From the NCBI GenBank assembly GCA_963772365.1, contig CAVYXA010000005.1, forward strand, positions 224,001 through 288,000: 64,000 bases of DNA. The letters run 5' to 3'. Both the position numbers and the translations under genes were made by a program. This DNA comes from an uncultured Verrucomicrobiae bacterium. GTDB lineage: Bacteria > Verrucomicrobiota > Verrucomicrobiia > Chthoniobacterales > UBA10450. Below are positions 37,425-48,104 of this stretch, one piece after another (position 1 is the stretch's first letter; each line of letters opens with the position of its first letter). Under the pieces are notes generated by a model, which was not told where the DNA came from, did not search any database, and saw nothing but the letters and a program-made list of their open reading frames with translations.

Positions 37425-38453
37425 TCAATGGGAACGAGGCCTACCCAGCACTAGTCGGAGAAAGTGCGCATCAGAAAACTTGGCGTTTTGTCCCTGGCGC
37501 ACGATGATTGCCTGCATCGACGGAATGACAAAAAGCCGCTGATAACCCGAGCCGACCCCAACGACCATGTCCGGCGGGGAAATCCTGCTGAAACAGGTGC
37601 CGATCCAATGTGCACGCTCCCACGGCAGATCGAGCTCCTTTTCCATGTCGATCTCGCGCGCATGCGGAGCTTGCCGATTCAACCAAAAGGTCAGGCCATA
37701 AGAGGGATTTGCGCTCGACCCGGCAAACGCCTCGCGTAACAACGATTCCGGAAGAATTTGTTTCCCATGATAAGTCCCATGCCCAAGGATCAGCTCACCT
37801 AATCGGGCCCATTCCCGCGCACTTAGTTCGAACCCACTGGCCAGCAGAGGAACGCCTTTCGCATCCTTTTTCAAATCGAGCCGGCCCAGATCCAATGGAC
37901 CGGTGACATTCTGTTCGAGATAGGATGAAAGTGTGCGTCCGTTCAATCGTCGGCGAAGTACTTCCGCCAGAATCTGGAAATGACTCGGTCCATAGATGAA
38001 ACGAGCGCCTGGCGTCGCCAGCGTCGGCAGCCGTATCGCAAGCGCATCACGATCATGAATCGAGCCCCGGTGAAGAAACGAAGCCGCCTCGATTCCATCG
38101 GTCTGGTTCAGCAACTGCCGAATCGTGATTTGCGATTTGAGCGGGTCGTCTTTCCAATTTGTGATCGTATTGGCGACACGATCATCCAACCGAATCAGGC
38201 CATCCCGCACGGCGCAGAGCGCCGCGATTCCCCAAAAGTTTTTCGTTCCGCTGAAAATCGGCCAGCGCCCGTTTCGCGTTCCGCCATTGGTGTAGCGCTC
38301 GAAAATCACGCGCCCCTTTTGCATCACCAGAAACGAAATGCCGCGCGTCTTTTCAACGTATTTTGCCGCTCGCGCGCAACTGGCTGTGCGGATTTCGCCC
38401 AGCGCCGTAGTCGATGTTACAAGTGTGATCGCGATAAAAAATCGAAAGAGCAC
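37425..38453 (-). CDS. Serine hydrolase, beta-lactamase class C-like
   Basis: FSGTK (SxxK), ITIRQLLNQTDG, PGARFIY. Confidence 0.85.
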   Translation of the reverse strand: MLFRFFIAITLVTSTTALGEIRTASCARAAKYVEKTRGISFLVMQKGRVIFERYTNGGTRNGRWPIFSGTKNFWGIAALCAVRDGLIRLDDRVANTITNWKDDPLKSQITIRQLLNQTDGIEAASFLHRGSIHDRDALAIRLPTLATPGARFIYGPSHFQILAEVLRRRLNGRTLSSYLEQNVTGPLDLGRLDLKKDAKGVPLLASGFELSAREWARLGELILGHGTYHGKQILPESLLREAFAGSSANPSYGLTFWLNRQAPHAREIDMEKELDLPWERAHWIGTCFSRISPPDMVVGVGSGYQRLFVIPSMQAIIVRQGQNAKFSDAHFLRLVLGRPRSH

Positions 38454-38540
38454 GTTTCACAGATACTCACTGCTATCGAACACACAATCGCGCTTCCGTC
38501 CTTGGCGGAGCCTGCAGTAGTGGAGTAAATTTTAGCTTCG

Positions 38541-39227
38541 GTGACTCCGCTCGAGGAACGTATCGGTTACAAATTTCGCAATCCGCTTTTACTAGCGGAG
38601 GCGCTTACTCATCCGAGCCTCGGCCACGAAACCCAGCGTTATCATTTCGATAATCAGCGCCTGGAATTTCTCGGTGATGCGGTGCTCCAACTCGTGGTCA
38701 CGGAGTATCTCTTTCAACACTTCAGCGCGGAAGCGGAAGGTCGTCTCACCAAACTGCGTTCGCGCCTCGTTTCGCGCAATACACTAAAGGAGCATGCCGC
38801 TGCCCTCGACCTGGGAAGTCATCTCCTCCTGGGCCGTGGCGAAGAAGCCAGTGGCGGCCGGAAACGAGCATCGACATTGGCCGATGCATTCGAAGCATTG
38901 ATCGGCGCGATTTATCTGGATAGCGACCTGGAAACGGCAAAGAAATTCATCCTCGACCAGGCTCGCGCAGACCTCGAGCAAATCGCGGAAGAACCCGTCG
39001 ATATCAATCCCAAAGGGCATTTACAGGAATTACTACAAAGCATCTCGCCGCGCAGTCCGGAGTATCAAGTCGTTTCCCAAAGCGGGCCCGAGCATGAAAA
39101 GACGTTCGTCGTCAAAGTCGTGTGGGAGGGAATCGAGTTGGGTCAGGGCAGCGGAAGGAGTAAGAAACAAGCGGAGACTGCGGCGGCGATCGAGGCGATG
39201 GATTTGAGACGCTGGGAGAAAAGATAA
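38541..39227 (+). CDS. rnc: Ribonuclease III
   Basis: NQRLEFLGDAVL, ADAFEALIGA and a dsRBD. Confidence 0.97.
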   Translation: MTPLEERIGYKFRNPLLLAEALTHPSLGHETQRYHFDNQRLEFLGDAVLQLVVTEYLFQHFSAEAEGRLTKLRSRLVSRNTLKEHAAALDLGSHLLLGRGEEASGGRKRASTLADAFEALIGAIYLDSDLETAKKFILDQARADLEQIAEEPVDINPKGHLQELLQSISPRSPEYQVVSQSGPEHEKTFVVKVVWEGIELGQGSGRSKKQAETAAAIEAMDLRRWEKR

Positions 39228-39274
39228 CGCGGCAGCGGATACCCTTTGTCCGGCACGCCAGGGACTTTGCTGAT

Positions 39275-40093
39275 TCAGAGGTGTTTCAGTGCTTGAAGCG
39301 TTTTACCCGAACGAGATTCCCAGCGAAAATGGCGCGCGATTGCTAATGTCACAAATTTTTTTGCACGGGCGATTGCTTGCTCGAGGGTAAAGTCCGACGC
39401 GAGGCCAGCTGTAATTGCGGCGGAATATGTGCAGCCTGTTCCGTGCGTGGCCACGCCTGGGATGAATGGTCTGGCAAATTCGATCAATTTGCCATGGGTA
39501 TAGAGCACATCGATCGCCCGTTTTCCCGGAAAATGGCCGCCTTTAAGCAGGATCGACACCCGATATTTTCTGGCCAGGTCTTGCGCAGCCTTTTTCATCG
39601 ATTCTCGATCTTCAATTTTCCTGCCGAGCAATCGTGCCGCTTCATCGAGGTTTGGAGTGATCAGCGTTGCTCGAGGAAACAATTTCTTCTCATAAATCTT
39701 TATCGCTGCCGGCCGAAGAAGCGGGTCGCCGCTGGTGGCAATCATCACTGGATCGATCACCAGCGGAATATGTGGAAGATCGACAATCGCTTCAGCCACG
39801 GCCTGGACAATTTCTGCTGAGCACAGCAATCCGGTCTTGATGGCCGCGATCGGGAAACTTTTTGCCAACACTCGGATCTGGTCACGAACAAGTTCGGCCT
39901 TCACCGACCCGATCCGCGAGACTTTCCCGGGGATTTCCGCGACTACGCAGGTAATAGCAGTCAGGCCATACACGCCCAGCGCGGTGAATGTTTTCAGATC
40001 GGCTTGAATACCAGCGCCGGCGCTACTGTCCGATCCGGCGATGGTGAGTGCGACAGGCGGGATATTGTGAGTCCCACGAGACGAATGGGACAT
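39275..40093 (-). CDS. thiD: Hydroxymethylpyrimidine/phosphomethylpyrimidine kinase (start uncertain)
   Basis: IAGSDSSAGAGIQADLKT, THGTGCT. Confidence 0.93.
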   Translation of the reverse strand: MSHSSRGTHNIPPVALTIAGSDSSAGAGIQADLKTFTALGVYGLTAITCVVAEIPGKVSRIGSVKAELVRDQIRVLAKSFPIAAIKTGLLCSAEIVQAVAEAIVDLPHIPLVIDPVMIATSGDPLLRPAAIKIYEKKLFPRATLITPNLDEAARLLGRKIEDRESMKKAAQDLARKYRVSILLKGGHFPGKRAIDVLYTHGKLIEFARPFIPGVATHGTGCTYSAAITAGLASDFTLEQAIARAKKFVTLAIARHFRWESRSGKTLQALKHL

Positions 40094-40110
40094 ATGCGAT
40101 AATGGTCGAG

Positions 40111-40344
40111 CTAGGCGCCGTCGTTACCGATGGCTTCGACGGGACATCCTTCCATGGCTTCCTTGCAAAGCGCTTCTTCCTCTGGGCTTTCCGGCTGCTT
40201 GTAAACGAAAGAATGCCCGCCATCGTCGTTGCGTTTGAAATTCGCAGGGGCAGTCTCGCGGCATAAATCGCAATCGATGCATTGATCATCGACGTAGAAC
40301 TTCCCCGCTACATTTTCGGCGTATTTATTTGCAGCATCAGCCAT
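40111..40344 (-). CDS. Ferredoxin
   Basis: CIDCDLC...CPVEAIG. Confidence 0.9.
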   Translation of the reverse strand: MADAANKYAENVAGKFYVDDQCIDCDLCRETAPANFKRNDDGGHSFVYKQPESPEEEALCKEAMEGCPVEAIGNDGA

Positions 40345-40472
40345 CGTGAAATTGGCTAAAAATTGGAGTGTGAAGCTTAGGAGAAAAAGCCTGCGGCGCA
40401 ATCAATTTCGGCGTTGACGAGTTTCAACGCAACCGGCAGAGAGAACCTGAACGAATCAACTCCGAGCACGTC

Positions 40473-40715
40473 ATGAAGAAGGAAGCCGTCAAAACCATTC
40501 GCGCCTTTGCCGTTGAACTCGTGGTTTACGCTGTCTTTGTCGTTGTCTATTTCTTTCTGGTTCTCCACTTGTTGGGCGGCTGGCTTCACCGAATCGAAGC
40601 TGCCCATCGGAATACGTATGCAGTCGTTGCCATTCTGCTCATTATCGGTCAGGCGGTGGCGCTGGAGATTATCACTACATTCTTGCTACGATTGCTGCGC
40701 GGTCGCTCGGAATAA
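40473..40715 (+). CDS. Small membrane protein
   Basis: Two TM helices; first gene of an apparent operon. Confidence 0.6.
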   Translation: MKKEAVKTIRAFAVELVVYAVFVVVYFFLVLHLLGGWLHRIEAAHRNTYAVVAILLIIGQAVALEIITTFLLRLLRGRSE

Positions 40716-40718
40716 GCC

Positions 40719-41624
40719 ATGTTTTTCCCAATCTCCGGCGCACACATCAGTCCGACCTATTTGATCGTGGTCGGATTCATCATCGGAATTTTGGGCGGCT
40801 TCTTTGGCGTGGGCGGAAGCTTTATCGCGGGACCGGCTCTGCGTCTGGCGGGATTGGATTGGAATTACGCGATCGGAACCGACCTTGCACACATTGTCGG
40901 GAAATCGGTGGTCGCGGCGAAACGGCATCGCGCCTTAGGGAATGTCGATCTAAAGCTGGGCTTGATTATGGCCATCGGGACCATCGCGGGAGCCGAAGGT
41001 GGGGCACAGTTGATTCAATTATTAAAGCGCGCTGGCAACATCAACTTGGTCGTGAGCATCGTTTCAATCGTCGTTTACGTGAGCATTTCGGCATTCATGG
41101 TCTGGGAGAGCAAAAAGACCCTGAAATCACAAGAGGGTAAACGCGCCAAGGCCCGGCAAGATCATTCCGCTATTAAACACATGAGCGATGCCGTGCAGCG
41201 TTTGAAAATCTCTCCGATGATTTCGCTTCCTGCTTCGGGCATTAAATCAATTTCGCTCTGGGTCATTTTGGTTGTTTCATTCATCGGCGGCTTGTTCAGC
41301 GGATTTCTCGGTGGAGGTGCAGGTTATATCCGGATGCCATCGATGGTTTATGTTCTCGGGATTCCTACGCATTTAGCTGTAGGCACGGATCTTTTTGAGA
41401 TCGTGATCTCGGCCAGCTACGGGACATTCAGTCACGCGATCAAAGGTAATGTGGACATTCTAATTGCCCTTGTGATGCACACCGGGGCGGCGATTGGCGC
41501 GCAAATGGGAGCGATCGCTACTCAATATTTTGCCGGTCCTAAAATCCGACTGGCCTTTGTACCGCTGCCCTTATTTGGCGCGGCCATTGTCATTTACACT
41601 TTGATGAGCGGCCACAAATTGTAA
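40719..41624 (+). CDS. TauE/SafE (TSUP) family transporter
   Basis: GFFGVGG and AIGTDL/AVGTDL repeats. Confidence 0.88.
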   Translation: MFFPISGAHISPTYLIVVGFIIGILGGFFGVGGSFIAGPALRLAGLDWNYAIGTDLAHIVGKSVVAAKRHRALGNVDLKLGLIMAIGTIAGAEGGAQLIQLLKRAGNINLVVSIVSIVVYVSISAFMVWESKKTLKSQEGKRAKARQDHSAIKHMSDAVQRLKISPMISLPASGIKSISLWVILVVSFIGGLFSGFLGGGAGYIRMPSMVYVLGIPTHLAVGTDLFEIVISASYGTFSHAIKGNVDILIALVMHTGAAIGAQMGAIATQYFAGPKIRLAFVPLPLFGAAIVIYTLMSGHKL

Positions 41625-41630
41625 TCACCC

Positions 41631-42515
41631 ATGAACATCTTGATATGCAGCGATGGAGGTTCCGCCGCCCAAGGCGCCATCCGGCTCGGCGAATCGCTGG
41701 CTGCATCACTTAATGCGCAAGTCACGCTTCTCGGCATCGCTGAAAATCCGGATGAGGAAATCCCGCTACGCAAAAAACTTGAGAAAGAGGAACAAGTATT
41801 GCGCGGTCAAGGGATAGGAGTTCACCTCGTCGTTGAATCGGGCGAGCCGGTCCATCAGATTGTCGATCAAACAACGAAGGCGAAGTTCGATCTAGTGATG
41901 GTGGGCGCGCGCTGGATCGGAATGGATGGGCAATACTGGCGCTCGGCGAAGATGTATGACGTGATCAAATCGATTACTCCGCCGGTTCTTGTTGCAATGG
42001 GGGAACCAGGCAGGTTGAGCAGGTTTCTGCTTTGTACCGGCGGTAAGGAATTCATCGAGCAGGCTGTGCAACTCACAGGGAAACTTGCCGCTGCTGTGCG
42101 CGCTTCGGTCACACTCCTTCATGTCATGGCCGAGCCGCCCGCCATGTACGCCGATCTTGTCAATCTGGAGGAGGATGTCGATCAACTCCTCGCTTCAAAA
42201 TCAGAACTCGGAATCAATTTGCACCAGCAGAAGAAAGAACTCGAGCGTCTCGGCGTGTCTGCGGAGGTGCGTCTCCGGCACGGCATCGTAACGGATCAGA
42301 TCTTTGAAGAAGCGCGAGCTGGCGAATATGATCTGATAGTAACGGGAACGTCCCACGTGCGCGGTCTTCTCGGCCATTACATTATGGGCGATCTGACTCG
42401 TACGATTCTCAATCGGGCCAATTGCAGCGTGCTGGTGGCGCGCGCGGGAAAAATCAGAAGCGGCCGCAGTTTCGGCGCCGCGCTGAAACGCCTCTTCACC
42501 GGCGAAAGCAAATAG
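41631..42515 (+). CDS. Universal stress protein with tandem USP domains
   Basis: ILICSDG...DLVMVG; DLIVTG...SVLV. Confidence 0.88.
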   Translation: MNILICSDGGSAAQGAIRLGESLAASLNAQVTLLGIAENPDEEIPLRKKLEKEEQVLRGQGIGVHLVVESGEPVHQIVDQTTKAKFDLVMVGARWIGMDGQYWRSAKMYDVIKSITPPVLVAMGEPGRLSRFLLCTGGKEFIEQAVQLTGKLAAAVRASVTLLHVMAEPPAMYADLVNLEEDVDQLLASKSELGINLHQQKKELERLGVSAEVRLRHGIVTDQIFEEARAGEYDLIVTGTSHVRGLLGHYIMGDLTRTILNRANCSVLVARAGKIRSGRSFGAALKRLFTGESK

Positions 42516-42573
42516 CGCGGCGCTCAATGGGCGACGGGTTGCAGCAGCAATCACAGGCGCTATTCTGCGAAGC

Positions 42574-43101
42574 ATGACCACTGAACCCCTCTCGCTGCAT
42601 CGACAATTCCTTAGCGTAATTTTCCCTCTGCTTTTCCTCGCTTTGGTAGGAGTGACTGGATGCCAAAAAAAAGGGGGCGGCAGCGCTAGCACAATGGGTG
42701 ATTACGTCAACGGAACACCATTGCCCGAGCGTCGAGAAGGCACGTCGTTTTACGGAGGGAATGTGGAACGAGGACAACTTCAGGCGATTTATTTCGATTT
42801 CGATAGCCAGGTAGTGCGCGCTTCAGAAACAGGAAAGATTCAGGCGGTTGCCGATTTCATGAAGCAAAATTCGTCAGATATCATCATCGCGGGATTTACC
42901 GATGAGCGCGGGACGGAGGAATACAATCGTGCCTTGGGCGACCGCCGGGCTGGCGCTGTGCGCGAAGCCCTGATTTCGCAAGGTGTGGATGGCAGCCGAA
43001 TTCAAACCGTGAGCTTCGGATTGGAAATGCCGGCCGACCCCGGACACAACGAAGCCGCCTGGGCAAAAAATCGGCGAGTCGAAATTGGAGTGATTCGTTA
43101 G
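42574..43101 (+). CDS. OmpA/Pal family lipoprotein
   Basis: Lipobox VTGC, DERGTEEYNRALGDRRA, KNRRVE. Confidence 0.9.
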   Translation: MTTEPLSLHRQFLSVIFPLLFLALVGVTGCQKKGGGSASTMGDYVNGTPLPERREGTSFYGGNVERGQLQAIYFDFDSQVVRASETGKIQAVADFMKQNSSDIIIAGFTDERGTEEYNRALGDRRAGAVREALISQGVDGSRIQTVSFGLEMPADPGHNEAAWAKNRRVEIGVIR

Positions 43102-43175
43102 GTTGCAAATCTACCGCACGTCGCCGCGGAGGCTCTTGTATCAAGCTTCTGCTGGTGTAACTTCCTGGCTCGCGC

Positions 43176-43248
<73 letters not shown>

Positions 43249-43291
43249 TACTTCTACGATGTCGATCCTGCGCAGGTAGAATCAACTCAAT

Positions 43292-43378
43292 GGAAGGGTG
43301 GCTGAGTCCGGTTTAAGGCACTCGACTCGAAATCGAGCGTGGGGAAACCCACCGTGGGTTCGAATCCCACCCCTTCCG
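43292..43378 (+). tRNA. tRNA-Ser(CGA)
   Basis: Acceptor GGAAGGG/CCCTTCC, anticodon arm CTCGA-CTCGAAA-TCGAG, long variable arm. Confidence 0.95.
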
Positions 43379-43383
43379 CGGTT

Positions 43384-44862
43384 TCACCGCGGCAACGGCT
43401 GCTCCATGTTTGCTAATGCGTAGGCTGCGACTGCCACAACGGCAGAATTTTCCGCCAGTTCTCGCGGTACAACTTTGTCCAGGGTGTCCGCAGCGCTGTG
43501 GTGATAGTTAAAATAGAAACGACTGTCTTGAATCGGACTGAATGCCGGTACTCCGGCTTTTTCCATCGGCTCGATATCGGCGCCACAATGTTCGACCAAT
43601 TGGAGCATCCGAGCTCCGGATTTTCGTAGAATCTCCGCCACGGGTGCTAGCATCGTCTTGATTTTGGCGTTGCCTTTAATGTTCAAGCCGATCGGGTGGC
43701 CGGCGCCAAGATCCGTTTCTATCGCCGCGAAATGGTTTTGCCACTCCTTCTCGTGATCCTTCGCGTAAGTTTTCGAACCAGCCAATCCGTTTTCTTCGTT
43801 CATCCACGCAATCACACGAATCGTGCGCTTCGGTTTCAGATGCAGTTTGTGAATCAGGTTAGCGGTTTCCATTGATACCGCTACGCCTGCAGCATCGTCG
43901 ATGGCGCCCGTTCCCAAATCCCAGGAATCTAAATGTCCCGAGACGACCACAATTTGTTCGGGATGTTCGCTGCCTTTGATATCGCCGATTACATTTGCGC
44001 TTTCCACATCAGGTAACGTCTCGGGCGTCAGAATCAGTTTCATTTTGACAGATGCTTGCCGGACAAGATCGACAATCAAATCCGCATCTTCTGCGGTCAC
44101 GGCGGCGGCTGGAATTTTCGGCGCATCATCCGCATATTTGGTCTGGCCAGTGTGTGGCAGCCGATAATCCGCGCCACCGACAGAACGGATCAAACAAGCC
44201 ACCGCGCCTTTCCGCGCTGCCGCACTTGGACCATCGCTGCGGTAAACCACCGCGTCGCCATACGCCTCGCCGCCGCGGCCTTCGGCGGCCATTTGTTTGT
44301 CGAACGGGTAATTAAACAGCACGATCTTGCCGGCGGTCTGCTCGCGGGGGAGCGCTTTGAGCTCGTTAAAGTTGTTTACGGCAATTACTTCGGCTGTGAT
44401 TCCGTCGGCTGGCGTTGCGACGCTTCCGCCGAGGGCGCATAGGACAATTTTTTGAGTGGTGTTCGCAGCCATGCCCGGAAACTGCGTCAAAGCAGCGGTC
44501 TCTTCTCCGCGGGTCCAATGCGGCACGGCCACTTTTTCAAGGTGGACATCGCAGCCAATCGCCTTCAACTCACCCGCCACATACTCGACCGCGCGTGCCG
44601 CTTGCGCCGACCCGCTCAAGCGAGGGCCGATATTGTTCGTCAAATGCGCGACGTGCCGATACGCGTAATCGCTGTCCGAGGCGGCTTCATGCAGTCGCTT
44701 TAGCTCGGATAACGTTTCGAAAGAAAACGAGGCCTGTGTGGCACTCGGAGACGGCGACTGAGTCACTTTTGACTCCACCGCCGGCTTCTGAGCTTCCGTT
44801 TGGAACACGGCCAGTACGAGAGCAAAAGCGACGAATCCACCGAAAAATCGACCTTGCCTCAT
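43384..44862 (-). CDS. M28 family peptidase (carboxypeptidase Q-like)
   Basis: GHLDSWD, GAIDDAAG, NEENG, YHHSAAD. Confidence 0.9.
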   Translation of the reverse strand: MRQGRFFGGFVAFALVLAVFQTEAQKPAVESKVTQSPSPSATQASFSFETLSELKRLHEAASDSDYAYRHVAHLTNNIGPRLSGSAQAARAVEYVAGELKAIGCDVHLEKVAVPHWTRGEETAALTQFPGMAANTTQKIVLCALGGSVATPADGITAEVIAVNNFNELKALPREQTAGKIVLFNYPFDKQMAAEGRGGEAYGDAVVYRSDGPSAAARKGAVACLIRSVGGADYRLPHTGQTKYADDAPKIPAAAVTAEDADLIVDLVRQASVKMKLILTPETLPDVESANVIGDIKGSEHPEQIVVVSGHLDSWDLGTGAIDDAAGVAVSMETANLIHKLHLKPKRTIRVIAWMNEENGLAGSKTYAKDHEKEWQNHFAAIETDLGAGHPIGLNIKGNAKIKTMLAPVAEILRKSGARMLQLVEHCGADIEPMEKAGVPAFSPIQDSRFYFNYHHSAADTLDKVVPRELAENSAVVAVAAYALANMEQPLPR

Positions 44863-45076
44863 GCGCAAAGAATTACACGTAAATTCAACTGGTCCAAAAG
44901 CCAAACGCATCCGAGGCGATCCGGGGAGTGCAAAGGTGTCACGAACAGCTGGCGAAACTCCGCGCAAAAAGAAGAACCCCGGAATCTGAATAAATCGGCG
45001 AGAAGAATTGTTTGAGAAATATCTTGTCTTTTTTCAGCCAATTTGCCAAGCTCGGGGACAAATCGAATTCAAATTT

Positions 45077-45670
45077 ATGAGCGTTTCTCACCGTCTTCTT
45101 GCCTTGCTGTTCGGAGCTCTTTTGGCAATGACCGCTTTTTCCGAGGCGAATGCAGCTCTGATTGATGGCTCCGCTTCCTTTTTCGGCAGTGCATCGGCCT
45201 CGGGACCGAGTGGCGGTGGTTCGACAACTGTCTTTTTCAATTCCGGTTGGGTTTTCCTGAGCGGCACTGGAACGTATTCCGGTATTCCACAAACGCCTGC
45301 TACTTTTGCGTCTTCATTCAGCTTCACCGGTGATGGCACAGGCGTGGTTTTGAGCGCACCAGTCAGCCCTCTCTGGGCCTTCTCGTTCAGCGGGAACAAT
45401 TATTCCTTCAATCTTCAGAGTCTCAGCAACGGACATACTGAAAGCGGTGCAATGTCCTTTACGGGTGCGGGAACCCTGTTCGCCACTGGATTTGACCCAA
45501 CACCTGCAACCTTCAGCTTGAGCGGAACCGGAACGAATTTCTCTTACACGCTCTCGTTCGTAACGAACACTGCTGTTCCAGAACCGAGTTCAATCGCGCT
45601 TGCTGGTTTCGGTCTCGCTCTGTGTGGGGCCGTCGCTCGCTTTCGCTCCCGCAAGCGGAACGTTCGATAG
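45077..45670 (+). CDS. PEP-CTERM sorting domain protein
   Basis: Signal peptide; C-terminal VPEPSS, TM helix and RFRSRKR. Confidence 0.9.
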   Translation: MSVSHRLLALLFGALLAMTAFSEANAALIDGSASFFGSASASGPSGGGSTTVFFNSGWVFLSGTGTYSGIPQTPATFASSFSFTGDGTGVVLSAPVSPLWAFSFSGNNYSFNLQSLSNGHTESGAMSFTGAGTLFATGFDPTPATFSLSGTGTNFSYTLSFVTNTAVPEPSSIALAGFGLALCGAVARFRSRKRNVR

Positions 45671-45937
45671 TCTCGAGTCTTTCCCGGTAGATTCGACGGA
45701 CGCGAAGGACATTTCTGTAAATCTCTTCTTGCGAAGCCTGCGGAATGATGTTCATTCCAAGCTCCGTCGCGAGTTTTTGAAAATCTGCCGTTGGTCCCTG
45801 GGTCTTCGTCGCTTGACGTAAGACCGCACTCGCCAGGGGAAACCCGGCGTGAAAGGAACTTCGATTTAAGAATTTCGATCCAACCGGCCGCATCCAGCCT
45901 TCGGTATTGATCGAATATCGACAATCGAAAATAAATT

Positions 45938-46981
45938 ATGCCAGTTCGTTACGGTCGCTTTGAGATGCCGAAAACCCTCGTCAAAGACGAGGAGACAGCC
46001 ACAGATACATACGCAAAATTTACCGCTGAGCCATTCGAGGCCGGTTACGGACACACGGTCGGCAATTCACTCCGGCGCGTGTTGCTGTCATCGCTGGAAG
46101 GCGCAGCCATTACCGCGGTCAAAATCACCGGGGCTCAGCACGAGTTCGCCACTTTGCCGGGGGTCGTCGAGGATGTCACCGACATCGTTTTGAACCTTAA
46201 AAAGGTGAAATTTAAAGCTGACGATCACGAGACTCGAAAAATCTCTCTGAACGTAAACAAGGAAGGTGAGGTGACTGCCGGAGAAATTCAGACTGTGCAG
46301 GGTTATGAAGTCCTCAATCCCAAGCAGCTAATTTGTACGCTCGACAAAAAGCATAAATTCGACGCCGAGCTGGAAGTCCGAGTTGGACGCGGCTTTGCCA
46401 CCGGCGAGGAAAACAAGCGCGCCGATCAGCCGATCGGTCTCATTCCCATCGATTCAATTTTTTCGCCAGTTACTCGCGTGAAGTACGCGGTGGAAAACAC
46501 TCGAGTCGGGCAACGTACCGATTATGACAAGCTGATTCTCGAAGTCTGGACTGATGGACGATTGACTCCGGATGACGCGCTGCTTCAGGCTTCGGCGATT
46601 CTGCGCCACCACCTCGACGTTTTCGTAAATTACAACGAAGAGGTGATCGAATTCGATCAGACGCCGGCTGGAGTGAGCGAAGAAAACATGAAGCTTAAGA
46701 AGCTGCTCAACATGAGCGTCAACGAGATCGAGCTGAGTGTCCGGGCGGCGAATTGTTTGAACAACGCCAACATCACAACCGTAGGCCAGCTTGCCCAGAA
46801 AACCGAGGGTGAAATGCTCAAGTATCGGAATTTCGGGAAAAAATCGCTCAACGAAATCAAAGACAAATTGCAGCAGCTCGGCTTGAATTTAGGCATGAAG
46901 TTTGAGCCAGGACTAATCGATCTGCCGACTGGTTTGCCGCCCGTTGAGGCGAGCGGGAATGGTGCTTCTAACAATCAGTAA
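45938..46981 (+). CDS. rpoA: RNA polymerase alpha subunit
   Basis: [32 protein letters not shown]. Confidence 0.98.
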   Translation: MPVRYGRFEMPKTLVKDEETATDTYAKFTAEPFEAGYGHTVGNSLRRVLLSSLEGAAITAVKITGAQHEFATLPGVVEDVTDIVLNLKKVKFKADDHETRKISLNVNKEGEVTAGEIQTVQGYEVLNPKQLICTLDKKHKFDAELEVRVGRGFATGEENKRADQPIGLIPIDSIFSPVTRVKYAVENTRVGQRTDYDKLILEVWTDGRLTPDDALLQASAILRHHLDVFVNYNEEVIEFDQTPAGVSEENMKLKKLLNMSVNEIELSVRAANCLNNANITTVGQLAQKTEGEMLKYRNFGKKSLNEIKDKLQQLGLNLGMKFEPGLIDLPTGLPPVEASGNGASNNQ

Positions 46982-47004
46982 ACGAGGAAACTGTTCCGCT
47001 ATCT

Positions 47005-47578
47005 ATGAGACATCAGAAGAGAACGATTAAGCTGGGTCGTACCGCCGAGCATCGCAAGGCGCTCCTGGCAAACCAGGTTTGCAGTCTCATCGAGCATCAG
47101 CGGATAAAAACGACACTGGCCAAGGCCAAGGCTGTACAGTCCATTGGCGGAGAAAATGGTAACTCTTGGTAAAAGCGGATCGCTCCATGCCCGCCGAACC
47201 GCGCTCGCCACGCTACGGCATAAAGATGTGGTCAGAAAGTTATTCGAAGATATCGCCCAAAGATCGACTGAACGAAATGGGGGTTATACCCGCATTATCA
47301 GACTCGGTCGACGCAAGAGCGACTCGGCGCCGATGGCGTTCATCGAATGGGTCGATGTGGCCGCAGTCAGGGAAGAAAAACCTGCTGAGGAAAAGGCAGC
47401 GACGAAGCGGAAAGAAAAATCGAAGTCCGAGCCGAACCCTGAAGCAAAACAGGAAGAGGTTAAACTGGAAACAGCGAAGGAAGAAAAACCGGTCGAGCCA
47501 ACTCCCGAAATTTCTTTCGAAGAGCCGAAGCCTAAGAAACGACGTTGGTTTGGTCGGAAATCGAGCGAAGAAAAATAG
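47005..47578 (+). CDS. rplQ: 50S ribosomal protein L17 with charged C-terminal extension; one frameshift near 47138
   Basis: MRHQK...IKTTLAKAK, then [10 protein letters not shown]...GGYTRII in another frame. Confidence 0.93.
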
Positions 47579-47581
47579 CTC

Positions 47582-48019
47582 CTACCGCAAAGGAACCAAA
47601 CGCCAGGTCAGTTTTCCCTCGGGAATTTCGAGCCAGGCCACGCTTGGGGCGGCGCCGCGATTTGGCCGGGTGACGCATCCGGGATTCAAGAACACGACGT
47701 CCCCCCGTTTTTCATTTCGCGGCACATGAGTGTGGCCGTGCAAAAGAACATCGACATCGTCTGGCGGGCGTTCCGGCGGGATATGTTGGAGGCGGAATTT
47801 TTTTCTGCCGCGGGTAAGATCGACAACTAAGGGCCAGTCGAAGTTGGTGTCACAATTGCCGCGAACCACTGTTACGGTCGGACCAATGGATCGCAGTTCG
47901 TCCAAAATCCATTCCGCGCAGACGTCGCCCAGGTGCCAGATCTCATTCGCCTCCGCAGCCAAATCCAGAATTTTTTTGGGCAGCTTGTTATGCGTATCAG
48001 CGAGAACGAAAATCTTCAT
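47582..48019 (-). CDS. YfcE-like metallophosphoesterase
   Basis: ADTH, HLGD, RGNCD, HGHTH, NPG. Confidence 0.9.
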   Translation of the reverse strand: MKIFVLADTHNKLPKKILDLAAEANEIWHLGDVCAEWILDELRSIGPTVTVVRGNCDTNFDWPLVVDLTRGRKKFRLQHIPPERPPDDVDVLLHGHTHVPRNEKRGDVVFLNPGCVTRPNRGAAPSVAWLEIPEGKLTWRLVPLR

Positions 48020-48104
48020 CCAGCGCTCCATTTCTCTTGGAATGCCAAGCAGGAAAAACGTCTTAACTCTTTGCGCGTTGTTGTTCTCACCGTAATCTCA
48101 GTTC

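Noticed and set aside
38541..39227. rnc as part of the repeat-element system
   Set aside because: It is a housekeeping gene about 19 kb from the nearest element; proximity is not evidence.
47005..47578. Programmed frameshift or pseudogene in rplQ (likewise rpsN and lemA)
   Set aside because: There is no slippery motif, and window-wide indels point to sequencing error.
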